Shown here in pieces: positions 37,811 through 48,889 of a stretch of 64,000 nucleotides of DNA; the first letter of the stretch is position 1, and each line of letters starts with the position of its first letter. The notes under the pieces were generated by a model, which searched no databases, was not told the origin of the DNA, and worked only from the letters and a program-made list of their open reading frames with translations. Location: contig NC_086108.1 of assembly GCF_963921235.1 (NCBI RefSeq), forward strand, positions 68,140,001 to 68,204,000, read 5' to 3'. Origin of the DNA: Mobula hypostoma (taxonomy: Eukaryota). The translations under genes and the position numbers were made by a program.

Positions 37811-37995
37811 GATTTCACAGGCACTGAAAGTGAACAGGCTTTCACTACCAAGCTGCAGTCACAGGGAGGCCTTGCACAGAACCTAAAGAGCTAGCAATGT
37901 GAGTTGGAATGCTACTAATATGAGGAACACAACGTTCATATTATTTTATAGTTAATGCTTTCTTTTACATTATGTTCAGAGAATAATGTTAATTA

Positions 37996-38304
37996 TTATG
38001 TGTTGGCGCATGGCCAAGTGGTTATGGCGTTCATCTAGTGACCTGAAGGTCGCTAGTTCAAGCCTTGGCTAAGGCAGTGTATTGTGTCCTTGAGCAAGGC
38101 ACTTAACCATACATTGCTCTGCGACGACACTGGTGCCAAGCTGTATGGGTCCTAATGCCCTTCCCTTGGACAACATCGGTGGCATGGAGAGGGGAGACTT
38201 GCAGCATGGGCAACTGCTGGTCTTCCATACAACCTTGCCCAGGCCTGGGCCCTGGAAACCTTCCAAGGCGCAAATCCATGGTCTCACGAGACTAACGGAT
38301 GCCT
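37996..38304 (+). mobile_element. Full-length tRNA-derived SINE
   Basis: Box A TGGCCAAGTGG (38011-38021) and box B AGTTCAAGCC (about 38055-38064). A 13-bp TSD ATAATGTTAATTA lies at 37983-37995 and 38305-38317. Confidence 0.9.
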
Positions 38305-38935
38305 ATAATGTTAATTAAACACTTTTTGCAGTCATTCCATCTTAACCATTTCAAAGAATTCTCCAGATGATATGACAAGAGAGTCTTCAGAAAAATTGAA
38401 CAAAATAGTGTGATGGACTTTGTCTAAATAACTTCCATCTTTCATTTGATGTAGAAGTGTATGAGATCAGGCAATCCTGGAGGTGATTATTCTGATCAAT
38501 GTGTGCTGCTGCTGGAAGAAATTTGGAATTATCATTCAACAATATCATAATTTGAGCCAATGGATTGTCTTTTTACACTTCTTTATTTTGTGGACAGTTT
38601 CCTAGTTACCTTCAGAGAAAGTTTATTCTGCAGAACCTCCTCCAGGATCTATACAGTCAATGAGGCTTTGCTGGATTTTTAATGAAATTTATTTCTAGAT
38701 ACTTGTACATGAATTGATGGTAAGGTAGCAAGCAATCGTGATTACAGATAGTCAATCCTTAAAAATTTTTGTATTTTTCTATACTTGTATACCTTTCTAT
38801 ACTTCCATACAATATACACCTCACCTCCAATAAATTTTCTGTAATAATGGAACTAATCTTTAGAACTAAAGGGAAATATTTACTATCTCCAGACCAAGAC
38901 CATCCTTGCTTTGACCTTGGGTGGGAGGGAGGGTG

Positions 38936-39340
38936 TGAAAGAGGCTTGTATACCGTTTACAGTGCCTTAAAACCAGTTGCTTTGGGCAGATGAGGCTCAT
39001 TAGCCATGGTTGGTAGCTCATCTAGGAGAAGGAAAACTCTGATCTGAAACCCCAGCTGCCCTGCGGCTACACCCACTCATGGGAAAGGCTTCGGGAGTAA
39101 ACCCCGAGGGAAAAGTCCAGAGCTGGAGTCCCTAAGGCAGTCTTATGTTGAGTTCAACCCTGACTGGCAACTCCTGCGATGCTGCTGGTGCCAAACAGTA
39201 TCAGTCTCTGCCGTTCCTTTGGGTTCATCAGATGCATGGAGAGAGGAAGCTTGCTCTCCATATCATACTGCCTTGTCTTCTGTATCTAGACGGCTAGGAC
39301 GCACCATCCATGGTCGACCCTGACCGACGGAGGCCTCATA
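38936..39340 (+). mobile_element. SINE-like non-autonomous retroposon with a non-tRNA head
   Basis: The 3' half (CTGCGATGCTGCTGGTGCCAAAC..CATGGAGAGAGG..ATCCATGGTC..GACGGAGGCCT) is homologous to the tail of the 37996 SINE. The head contains CTAGGAGAAGGAAAACTCTG, reminiscent of RTE 5' UTRs. Confidence 0.65.
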
Positions 39341-39714
39341 CAGTTTATATCTATAGCTATTTCATTGCCCATGAGACTTCTCAATCGTGAAAGAAATGAT
39401 ACATCTGACTGCGGTAACCACAGAGATCTCCTTGCTGCCTCAATTGGGAAAGTCATTGCTCTTCCTCAACTGCCTCCTTCCAGTATTTCCTGAATCACAT
39501 GCACAATATGTTAACCTTAAAGGCACAGTGGCAATAATAGCCTTTGATCTCATCAATCAAAAGGGAAGGGGGAACCCCATCCTCAAAAATACTATCCACA
39601 AAAAGTTTTAACATCTTATGTTTACTGAAAGATGACATGCAAGCTAAAATAGTGACTGATGGGGCTACAACTGAATCAATGTGAGGGGTGGTGCCAAGTA
39701 AGAAATATAATAAC

Positions 39715-40499
39715 TGTCATGATCCCTTCTGGCAATCCCCCACCTTACTATTTACCTCAGGAATTGGGCCTCAGTCCCCTTGTTTAATTTCCAATCATTC
39801 CCAGGTTCCATTAACTACACACATCTGCTTTCCATCAGAAAATGCAGGATAAACACCATGTGATCACAACAAGGAGCTGCCAGTTCGTTGGTCAACTCCG
39901 GTTGCCAACTTTCTCACTCCCAAATAAGGGATAAAACTAGCAGTCAAATACGGGACACTTGTGTTTACCCTGAGAAAGACAACCATGACTATGAAGCCTT
40001 GCGCGGGCACATGCATGTACGTGCTGATTTTTTTCTATAACTCGGTTTTGGCTAAATCTTCCCGAATCTGTTAACTGAAATTACACTGTACATAACGTTG
40101 TTTCTACTTTATATAGGCTGTGAATTTATCATATCATTCCTGCTTTTACTAAATGTTAGTGTTATTTTAGGTTTTACGTGGTATTTGGTAAGATCTGGTA
40201 GGTTATTTTTTGGGTCTGGGAACGCTCAAAAATTTTTCCCATATAAATTAATGGTAATTGCTTCTTAGCTTTACGCCATTTCGGCTTACGAACGGTTTCA
40301 TAGGAACGCTCTACCTTAGCGGGGGAAATACGGGACAAGGTCAGTCCTGTATGGGACAAACCAATTTAGCCTAATATACGGGATGTCCCAGCTAATACAG
40401 GACAGTTGGAAACCCTAGCTACGGCAATAACGCTTCCCTACTCTGCCCGCACGCCCGTGTTCTGCACTTGGGTTTGTCCACTGCCATGCTCGTGTAACA
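39715..40499 (+). repeat. 5' LTR (contains a hAT MITE and lacks about 120 bp present in the 3' LTR)
   Basis: 39715-39899 and 40421-40499 align with the 3' LTR. I count about 13 mismatches in the first 185 bp by eye. Confidence 0.95.
39900..40417. mobile_element. hAT (Blackjack-like) MITE with a truncated left end
   Basis: Ends GGTTGCCAACT and AGTTGGAAACCCTA, with subterminal GGGAC/GTCCC motifs. Collinear with 41362-41890. Confidence 0.85.
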
Positions 40500-41228
40500 G
40501 AATGAACTGGCCAGAATGAACCCAGCGGATACGGATACCGTATAACAGGCCCTCGCCAGCCAGGGCTACCTACTGGGCACCCACGACCAACTACTTAGGG
40601 AGGTCACAGAAAACCTTCCGACGCTCTCCACAAATGTACGCAAGGTCAGTGAGCAGGTGGACCAAGTTTCCGCTTCCCTTTCTTAGTCCCCTCCAAGAAC
40701 CCTGACTACCCAAACCGCACCGCTCGGGATGGCGTCGCCCCTGGGATCAGTAACTCAGACCCCTCGAGAGCCATGTGTACCCGAGCCCGAATCCTATGCT
40801 GGGTACCTAGGGAGGTGCTGGGCTTTGAGCTACAGCCACGTACCTAACCTTCAGATAAATCCAAGATTGCGTACATCATGGGGCTGTTACGAGGGGATGC
40901 CTTGGCTTGGGCAACTGCGATATGGGATAACCGATCAGAGGTTTGTTCCTCCGCCCCCTCCTTTGTTGCTGAAAAGAGGAAGGTCTTCAAGCAACCCATT
41001 CATGGTAAGGACGTCACTAAACGCTTGATGACTCTTTGTCAGGGTTCACGAAGCGTAGCAAGGTATTCCAACGAGTTCCGGACCTTAGCCGCAGACAGTG
41101 GAATGACGAGGCCCTACGGGAGGTGTTTCGACAGGGTCTCTCGAACAACATAAAGGATAAACTGGCAACAAGGGATGACCCGGACTGTCTGGACTCTCTG
41201 ATCTCGTTAGCCACTAGATTAGATAATC

Positions 41229-42001
41229 AAGGGGTCCCCAAACTTTTTTGCACCGCAGACCAGTTTAATATTGATAATATTCTTGTGGACCAGCTGAAAG
41301 GGTGGGGGGTGGGGGTGTTCAAGTAGGGGTAAACTCACCTCAACACGTCTTTTACAGTTAGGGTTGCCAACTTTCTCACTTGCAAATAAGGGACAAAAGT
41401 AGCAATCAAATATGACACACTTGTGTTTACCCCGATAAAGACTACCATGACCATGAAGCCTTGCGCGGGCACCTGATTGCGCATATGTGACGTGCGCATG
41501 CGCGTACGTGCCGATTTTTTTCCCCCACACATCGGTTTTGCCTTAATCTTCCCAACTACACTGTACATACATTATTTCTACTTTATATAGGCTGTGAACT
41601 TATCATATCATTCCTGCTTTTACTATATGTTACTGTTATTTTAGGTTTTATGTGTTATTTGGTATGATTTGGTAGGTTATTTTTTTGGGTCTGGGAATGC
41701 GCAAAAATTTTTCCCATATAAATTAATGGTACTTGCTTCCTCGCTTTACGCCATTTCGGCACGAAAGGTTTCATAGGAACGCTCTACCTTAGCGGGGGAA
41801 ATATGGGACAAGGGCAGTCCCATATGGGACAAACCAATTTAGCCCAATATACGGGATGTCCCGGCAAATACGGGACAGTTGGCAACCCTATGTTCAAGTT
41901 CAATAGTGCATGACAGGGAATGAGGAAAGGTGCAGCTGACTCATATCGTTTCCTCGCAGACCGGTAGCACATGCTTTGCGGCCGGTGGTTGAGGACCACT
42001 G
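41229..42001. mobile_element. hAT (Charlie-like) MITE inserted in gag
   Basis: Ends AAGGGGTCCCCAAAC and GTTGAGGACCACTG. An 8-bp TSD AGATAATC with central TA lies at 41221-41228 and 42002-42009. Confidence 0.9.
41324..41890. mobile_element. hAT (Blackjack-like) MITE nested in the Charlie-like MITE
   Basis: An 8-bp TSD TGTTCAAG lies at 41316-41323 and 41891-41898. The right end is AGTTGGCAACCCTA. Two left-end motifs occur: TAGGGGTAAACT (41324) and TAGGGTTGCCAACT (41359). Confidence 0.88.
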
Positions 42002-42240
42002 AGATAATCGACTTCAAGAGCGGCTGAGAGAAAGAACCAGTCGCCCCACTCCTCAGGGAAGCCCACGGTCCACCTTATCAGTCTCAGCCAGCCTCCCTTC
42101 CCCACCACCCTGGGGGAGGAACCGATGCAGTTGGGACGGAACCGTCCCTCCCCGGCCGAACGACTTGGGAGGTGGAGAGCTGGGGATTGTTACTATTGTG
42201 GCCAGCCAGGACATTTCCGGGATACCTGCTCTCAGCGGCC

Positions 42241-45200
42241 AAAAGGGAGGGCTCACCAGTGAAAAGGGGGTCCCTGGTGAGCTGGACAATTCTCCCTTCA
42301 GCCCCCCAGACTCGGACGCAGATCCCGGCTACCGTGAATTACCAATGACAGTCCCTGTCCCTATCCAGTTTGGTGGATTCCGGTGCTGAGGGCAGTCTGC
42401 TGGACGAAGACATAGACTCCCAGGCTGGAATACCTCGCGAGACGCTAACTGCTCCCCTGGAGGCCCGGGCTCTGGAGAGAAAACTGCTGGCTCGGGTGAC
42501 CCTGACCTTGATCCTATCCGGCATTGGGAGGAGGTCCGATTCAGTCTCATTCATTCACCTCAAGCCCCGGTAGTTCTAGGGTATCCATGGCTGACCCACC
42601 ACAATCCCCACACCGACTGGTCTACCAGGAGGATAGCCAAATGGAGCCCATCTTGCCATGCCAGCTGTCTGTGGTCAGCCCCATCTCCCAGGGAAGCTAC
42701 CGCGACCCTGCCTGTCCCGGAACCCCTCGATTTGTCCTGAGTCCCCACAGAATACCATGACCTGGGACAGGTATTCAGTAAACAACGGGACCTTTCCCTG
42801 CCTCCGCACCACCCATATGATTGTGCCATTGACCTTCTCCCCGGGGCCTCGCTACTCACCAGTCACCCTTTTAACCTATCCCAACCGAAGAGAGAGATCG
42901 GAGAAGTACATTAGTGAGTCCCCCGCAGTGGGCATTATCAGATCGTCATCCTCCCCGGTTTCCTCTTTGTAGAAAAGAAGGATGGGTCACTTCGTCCTTG
43001 TATTGATTACAGAGGCCCAAGCAGTATAACAGTTAAGAGTAAGTACCCTCTATCCCTCATTAGTTCAGCTTTTGAACCACTGCATGGAGCCACCATCTTC
43101 TCAAAGCTGGACCTTCGTAATGCCTACCATCCAGTCAGGGTGAGGGAGGGGGACGAGTGGAAGACGGCCTTTAATACACCTCTGAGCCACTTCCAATATT
43201 TGGTCACGCCGTTTGGCCTCACCAATGCTCCCGCCATTTTTCAAGCCCTAACCAACGACGTACTAAGGGATTTTATTAATCGGTTCACATTTGTTTACCT
43301 CAATGATATCCTGATATTTTCTAGCACCCCTCAAGAACACGTTCACCATGCCCGTCAAATCCTCCAGAGACTGTGGGAAAACCAGTTACTTGTGAAGGCG
43401 GAGAAATGTGGGTTCCACGTTCCTTCGGTCAGCTTCTTGAGTTATATCAGTGACAGCAGACCCCAAGAAGATCCGGGCAGTGGAAGAATGGCCTAGGCCC
43501 ACAACCCGCAAACAACTTCAACAGTTCCTGGGGTTTGCAAACTTCTACCACCGATTTATCAGAGTACAGTCGAGTGGCGGCCCCCCCTTACCTGGCTTAC
43601 CTCACCTGCTACCCCTTTCTGTTGAGACTCTGAAGCTGACTCGGCATTCACCAACCTGAAGAGGCGTTTCACAACTGCTCCCATCCTGGTCCATCCGGAC
43701 CCAGCCCATCAATTCATTGTTGAGGTGGACGCATCTGACTCCGGAATAGGAGCAGTCCTGTCCCAACAATCAAGCTTGGACGAAAAGCTTCACCCTGCGC
43801 CTTCTATTCTCGCTGACCGTCCCCCGCCGAGTGGAATTACGACGTGGGGAATCGGGAACTCCTGGCAGTCAAACTAGCATTGGAAGAATGGAGGCACTGG
43901 CTGGAGGGGGCAGAACAACTGTTTGTGGTGTGGACTGATCATAAAAACCTGGGGTATATTCAGACCGCCAAATGTTTGAACTCTCGCCAAGCCCATTGGC
44001 CATTATTTTTTGGATGGTTCAAGTTTTCTCTCACATACCGTCCAGGGTCCAAGAACTGGAAGCCAGACACGCTTTCCCGCCAATACGACTCCAAGGAGGA
44101 CACTTCCAGCCCAGGGACTATCCTCCCACCATCCTGCGTGGTTGCCACCCTCACTTGGAAGATCGAGTCTAAAGTAAATGAAGCCCAACAGGATGACCCC
44201 AACCCCGGCAATGGACCCGGCGATCGCCTGCATGTGCCCGTTTCCGTCAGGTCTCAGGTTCTCCAATGGGAGCACACATCTCCATTCGCCTGCCACGCCA
44301 GGAGTGATTGGACTCTAGCGCTCCTGAAAAAACACTTTTGGTGGCCGTCCATGGAGGCGGATACCCATTCCTATGCCTCGGCATGTTCAATCTGTGCCCT
44401 GGGAAAAGCCTCTCATCGGCCACCTGCGGGTTTACTTCGTCCTCTACCTGTCCCTGGTCGTCCCTGGTCACACATTGCCCTCAACTTTATCACCGGTCTA
44501 CCCCCTTCACAGGGAAACACCACCGTACTCACTGTAGTAGACCGGTTCTCCAAGGCAGGCAACTTCATAGCCCGCCCTAAACTCCGTTCATCTCAAGAAA
44601 CTGCAGATCTTCTCATCCGCCACGTCTTCTGCCTCCACGGAATCCCCACAGACATTGTCTCCGATCGAAGTCTTCAGTTTGTCTCACAGGTATGGAAGGC
44701 CTTCTGTCAAGCCTTAGGTGCATCGGTCAGCCGGTCATCCGGCTTCCACCCCCAGATGAACGGGCAGACGGAGTGGGTCAACCAAGACCTGGAGGCGACG
44801 CTACGTTGTGTACTGGCAAACAACCCATCGACCTGGAGTGACCACCTCCTGTGGGTTGAGTACGCCCACAACTCTCTGGTGAGCTCTGCCATTGGAAGGT
44901 CTCCATTCGAGTGCTCCCTGAGGTACCAACCCCCGCTGTTCCCCGCGCAAGAATAGGAGATTGCAGTACCATTGGTTCAGGACCATATCGATCGGTGCCT
45001 TAAGGTTCGGGAGGAGACATGCACGGTCCTTCTCGGATCAGCAAATCGCAATAAAAAGACGGCCAACCGACACCGGAGTCTGGCACCTGAGTACCAACCG
45101 GGGCAGATGGTGTGGCTTTCATCCAAGGACATCCTGCTCAAGCACGAGCAGAGGAAACTCACCCCTCGCTTCCTAGGACCATTCAAGGTCGAAAGTGTTA

Positions 45201-45543
45201 TCAATCCCGCAGAAGTCCGCCTAAAAATGCCAAGATCTATGCGCATCCACCCAACTTTTCATGTTTCCCAGTTAAGCCAGTTTCCATTTGCCCCTTGTGT
45301 CCCCCGGCTGAGACTCCCCCACCTGCCCGTATCATCGACAACCATCCAGCATACACCGTCCGACAACTACTGGATGTGCGCCGTCGGGGCAGGGGTTTCC
45401 AATACCTGGTAGACTGGGAAGGGTACGGTCCAGAACAGCATTCCTGGGTCCCCCGCTCCTTCATCCTAGACCCTTCCCTCATCCAAGACTTTCATCGGGA
45501 CCATCCAGACAGTCCTGGAGGATCGCCTGGAGGCTCCCGTTGA
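42241..45543 (+). pseudogene. Gypsy pol (protease, RT, RNase H, integrase, chromodomain) with multiple stops and frameshifts
   Basis: [120 protein letters not shown]. Confidence 0.95.
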
Positions 45544-45550
45544 GGGGTAC

Positions 45551-45939
45551 TGTCATGGTCCCTTCTGGCAATCACCCACCTTACTATTTACCTCAGGAAT
45601 TGAGCCTCAATCCCCTTGTTTAATTTCCAATCATTCCCAGGTTCCACTAACTACACACACCTGCCTTCCATCAGAAAATACAGGATAAAGACCCTGTGAT
45701 CACAACAAAGAGCTGCCAGTTTGTTGGTCGACTCCAGTGTGAGTAACCTTGTTTCATGGTTCTCAGGACTGTTAGTTCTAAGTCTAGCATCGCTCCTGGA
45801 TTCTCTCCAAACCCAAGACTTCGGGTAAAGACTCTCCTGGAAACCCATTCCATGCTCACAACGGCAATAACGCCTCCTGATTCTTCCCCCGCGCCCGTGT
45901 TCTGCACTTGGGTTCGTCCACTGCCACGCTCGTGTAACA
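45551..45939 (+). repeat. 3' LTR (389 bp, intact)
   Basis: TGTCATGG...CGTGTAACA, a direct repeat of the 5' LTR. Confidence 0.95.
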
Positions 45940-46636
45940 ATAACCCAATATACCACACTCGATCTTTCTCACTCTAAGGTTTCACCTCACCTCCAACAAA
46001 CTTTTTATAAAAATGGAACTAATCTTCAGAACTAAAGAAAAGTACTTACTCCAGAACATCCTTGTTCTGACCTTGTGTGAGTGGGAGGGTGGAAATGGAG
46101 TTGCATTCCTGCTTCTGCTGCATGTGTTGTTCTGCTGAACCTTGTGGGTATGCTCTGTTAGAACCAGAAGTCATGACACTTGTGGGCTGCTCCCAGAACA
46201 TCCTTACATCTGTTGATTGTTGACACAAATAATGGATTTCACTGTATGTTGCGATGTACATGTGATAAATAAATCTAAATCTGAACCCAAAACTCAGAAG
46301 TCAAACTGCAGTATACAGATGGCACTCTGATACTGAGCTCCAAGATACCAATGTCATGGATTCATGTGTCCAGCAATGAAAGAGGCCATTGAGGCCCACC
46401 GCGTCCATGACAACTCATCCTTATTAAACCCATTGATCAGCATTTGGCCTATAACCTGTCCCGGGGCAATTGAGATGCTCATCTAAACATTTCTTAAATA
46501 CTATCTGCAACTCTGCTTCCACCATTATCTCAGTGTTCCTGGTACTCATCATTTTCTGTGTTGAAAAGGCCCTACTCAGAGCCTCTCTAAATCTTTCTCC
46601 TCTATTTTTACTTACCTCTGATATGGGGGTAAGTAT

Positions 46637-48755
46637 CATAGAACCATAGAAACTACAGCACAGAAACAGGCCCTTTGGCCCTTCTTGGCTGTGCCGAACC
46701 ATTTTCTGCCTAGTCCCACTGACCTGCACATGGACCATATCCCTCCATACATCTCCCATCCATGTATCTGTCCAATTTATTCTTAAATGTTAAAAAAGAA
46801 CCCGCATTTACCACCTCGTCTGGCAGCTCATTCCATATTCCCACCACTCTCTGTGTGAAGAAGCCCCCCCTAATGTTCCCTTTAAACTTTTCCCCCCTCA
46901 CCCTTAACCCATGTCCTCTGGTTTTTTTCTCCCCTTGCCTCAGTGGAAAAGGCCTGCTTGCATTCACTCTATCTATACCCATCATAATTTTATATACCTC
47001 TATCAAATCTCCCCTCATTCTTCTACGCTCCAGGGAATAAAGTCCTAACCTATTCAACCTTCCTCTGTAACTGAGTTTCTTAAGTCCCGGCAACATCCTT
47101 GTAAACCTTCTCTGCACTCTTTCAACCTTATTTATATCCTTCCTGTAATTTGGTGACCAAAACTAAACACAATACTCCAGATTCGGCCTCACCAATGCCT
47201 TATACAACCTCATCATAACATTCCAGCTCTTATACTCAAAACTTCGATTAATAAAGGCCAATGTACCAAAAGCTCTCTTTACGACGCTATCTACCTGTGA
47301 CGACACTTTTAGGGAATTTTGTATCTGTATTCCCAGATCCCTTTGTTCCACTGCACTCCTCAGTGCCTTACCATTAACCCTGTATGTTCTACGTTGGTTT
47401 GTCCTTCCAACGTGCAATACCTCACACTTGTCAGTATTAAACTCCATCTGCCATTTTTCAGCCCATTTTTCCAGCTGGTCCAAGTCCCTCTGCAGGCTCT
47501 GAAAACTTTCCTCACTGTCTACTACACCTCCAATCTTTGTATCATCAGCAAACTTGCTGATCCAATTTACCACATTATCATCCAGATCATTGATATAGAT
47601 GACAAATAACGATGGACCCAGCACTGATCCCTGTGGCACACCACTAGTCACAGGCCTCCACTCAGAGAAGCAATTCTCTACCACCACTCTCTGGCTTCTT
47701 CCATCGAGCCAATGTCCAATCCAATTTACCACCTCTCCATGTATACCTAGCAACTGAATTTTCCTAACTAACCTCCCATGCGGGACCTTGTCAAAGGCCT
47801 TACTGAAGTCCATGTAGACAATATCCACTGCCTTCCCTTCATCCACTTTCCTGGTAACCTCCTCGAAAAACTCCAACAGATTGGTCAAACATGACCTACC
47901 ACGCACAAAGCTATGTTGACTCTCCCTAATAAGCCCCTGTCTATCCAAATGCTTGTAGATTCTGTCTCTTAGTACTCCCTCCAATAACTTACCTACTACT
48001 GACGTTAAACTCACCGGCCTATAATTTCCCGGATTACTTTTCGATCCTTTTTTAAACAACGGAACAACATGAGCCACTCTCCAATCCTCCGGCACTTCAC
48101 CCATAGACAGCGACATTTTAAATATTTCTGCCAGGGCCCCCGCAATTTCAACACTAGTCTCCTTCAAGGTCCGAGGGAACACCCTGTCAGGTCCCAGGGA
48201 TTTATCCACTTTAATTTTCCTCAAGACAGCAAGCACCTCCTCCTTTTCAATCTGTACAGTTTCCATGATCTCACTACTTGATTCCCTCAATTCTGTAGAT
48301 TTCATGCCAGCTTCCTTAGTAAATACAGACGCAAAAAACCTATTTAAGATCTCCCCCATTTCCTTTGGTTCCGCACAAAGCCAACCACTCTGATCTTCAA
48401 GAGGACCAATTTTATCCCTTACAATCCTTTTGCTCTTAATATACTTGTAAAAGCTCTTTGGATTATCCTTCACTTTGACTGCCAAGGCAACCTCAAGTCT
48501 TCTTTTTGCCCTCCTGATTTCTTTCTTAAGTATTTTCTTGCACTTCTTATACTCCTCAAGCACCTGATTTACCCCCTGTTTCCTATACATTTCATAGAAC
48601 TCCCTCTTCTTCTTTATCAGAGTTGCAATATCTCTTGAGAACCAAGGTTCCTTGTTCCTATTCAATTTGCCTTTAATCCTGACAGGAACATACAAACTCT
48701 GCACTCTCAAAATTTCCCCTTTGAAGGTTTCCCACCTACCAATCACATCTTTGCC
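46637..48755 (-). mobile_element. CR1 LINE, young family, 5'-truncated, with a single premature stop
   Basis: ORF 47163..48782 has the full RT motifs. A CAG>TAG change at 47163-47165 is followed by ORF 46710..47117 in the same frame. The 3' end matches the copies at 261 and 20585. Confidence 0.95.
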
Positions 48756-48889
48756 TGTGCTATAACCCTTATAGTGCCTCAATCATGTCCCCTCTCAACA
48801 TGCTCTACTCCAGTGTGAACAGTTCCAGCCTCCCTTTATAACTGAAACAGTCCGTCCCAGGTAACATCTTGGTGAATCTCCTACCTTGT

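Larger units (their letters stand above)
40516..42262 (+). pseudogene. Gypsy gag (decayed; interrupted at 41229-42001)
   Basis: MNPAD start, GLLRGDALAWATAIW, LCQGSRSVARYSNEFRTLAA, SLATRLDN|RLQER across the insert, a CCHC knuckle CYYCGQPGHFRDTC (42188-42229) and a TGA at 42260-42262. Confidence 0.9.
39715..45939 (+). mobile_element. Full-length decayed Ty3/Gypsy chromovirus (sushi-like) LTR retrotransposon
   Basis: Paired TG..CA LTRs, a 5-bp TSD ATAAC (39710-39714 and 45940-45944), domain order gag-PR-RT-RNaseH-IN-chromodomain, and a short purine tract GAGGGG before the 3' LTR. Confidence 0.97.

Noticed and set aside
38004..38075. tRNA gene
   Set aside because: Box A and box B are present, but the sequence continues into a SINE core and tail, has no T-run terminator, and is bounded by a 13-bp TSD.
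38610..38648. Minus-strand 39-nt exon-like segment (ILEEVLQNKLSLK)
   Set aside because: The polypyrimidine tract is weak and there is no match to AGBL4 or any protein I recognise.
45350..45500. Chromodomain as a host chromatin gene
   Set aside because: It is the C-terminal integrase chromodomain of the Gypsy element, inside the LTRs.
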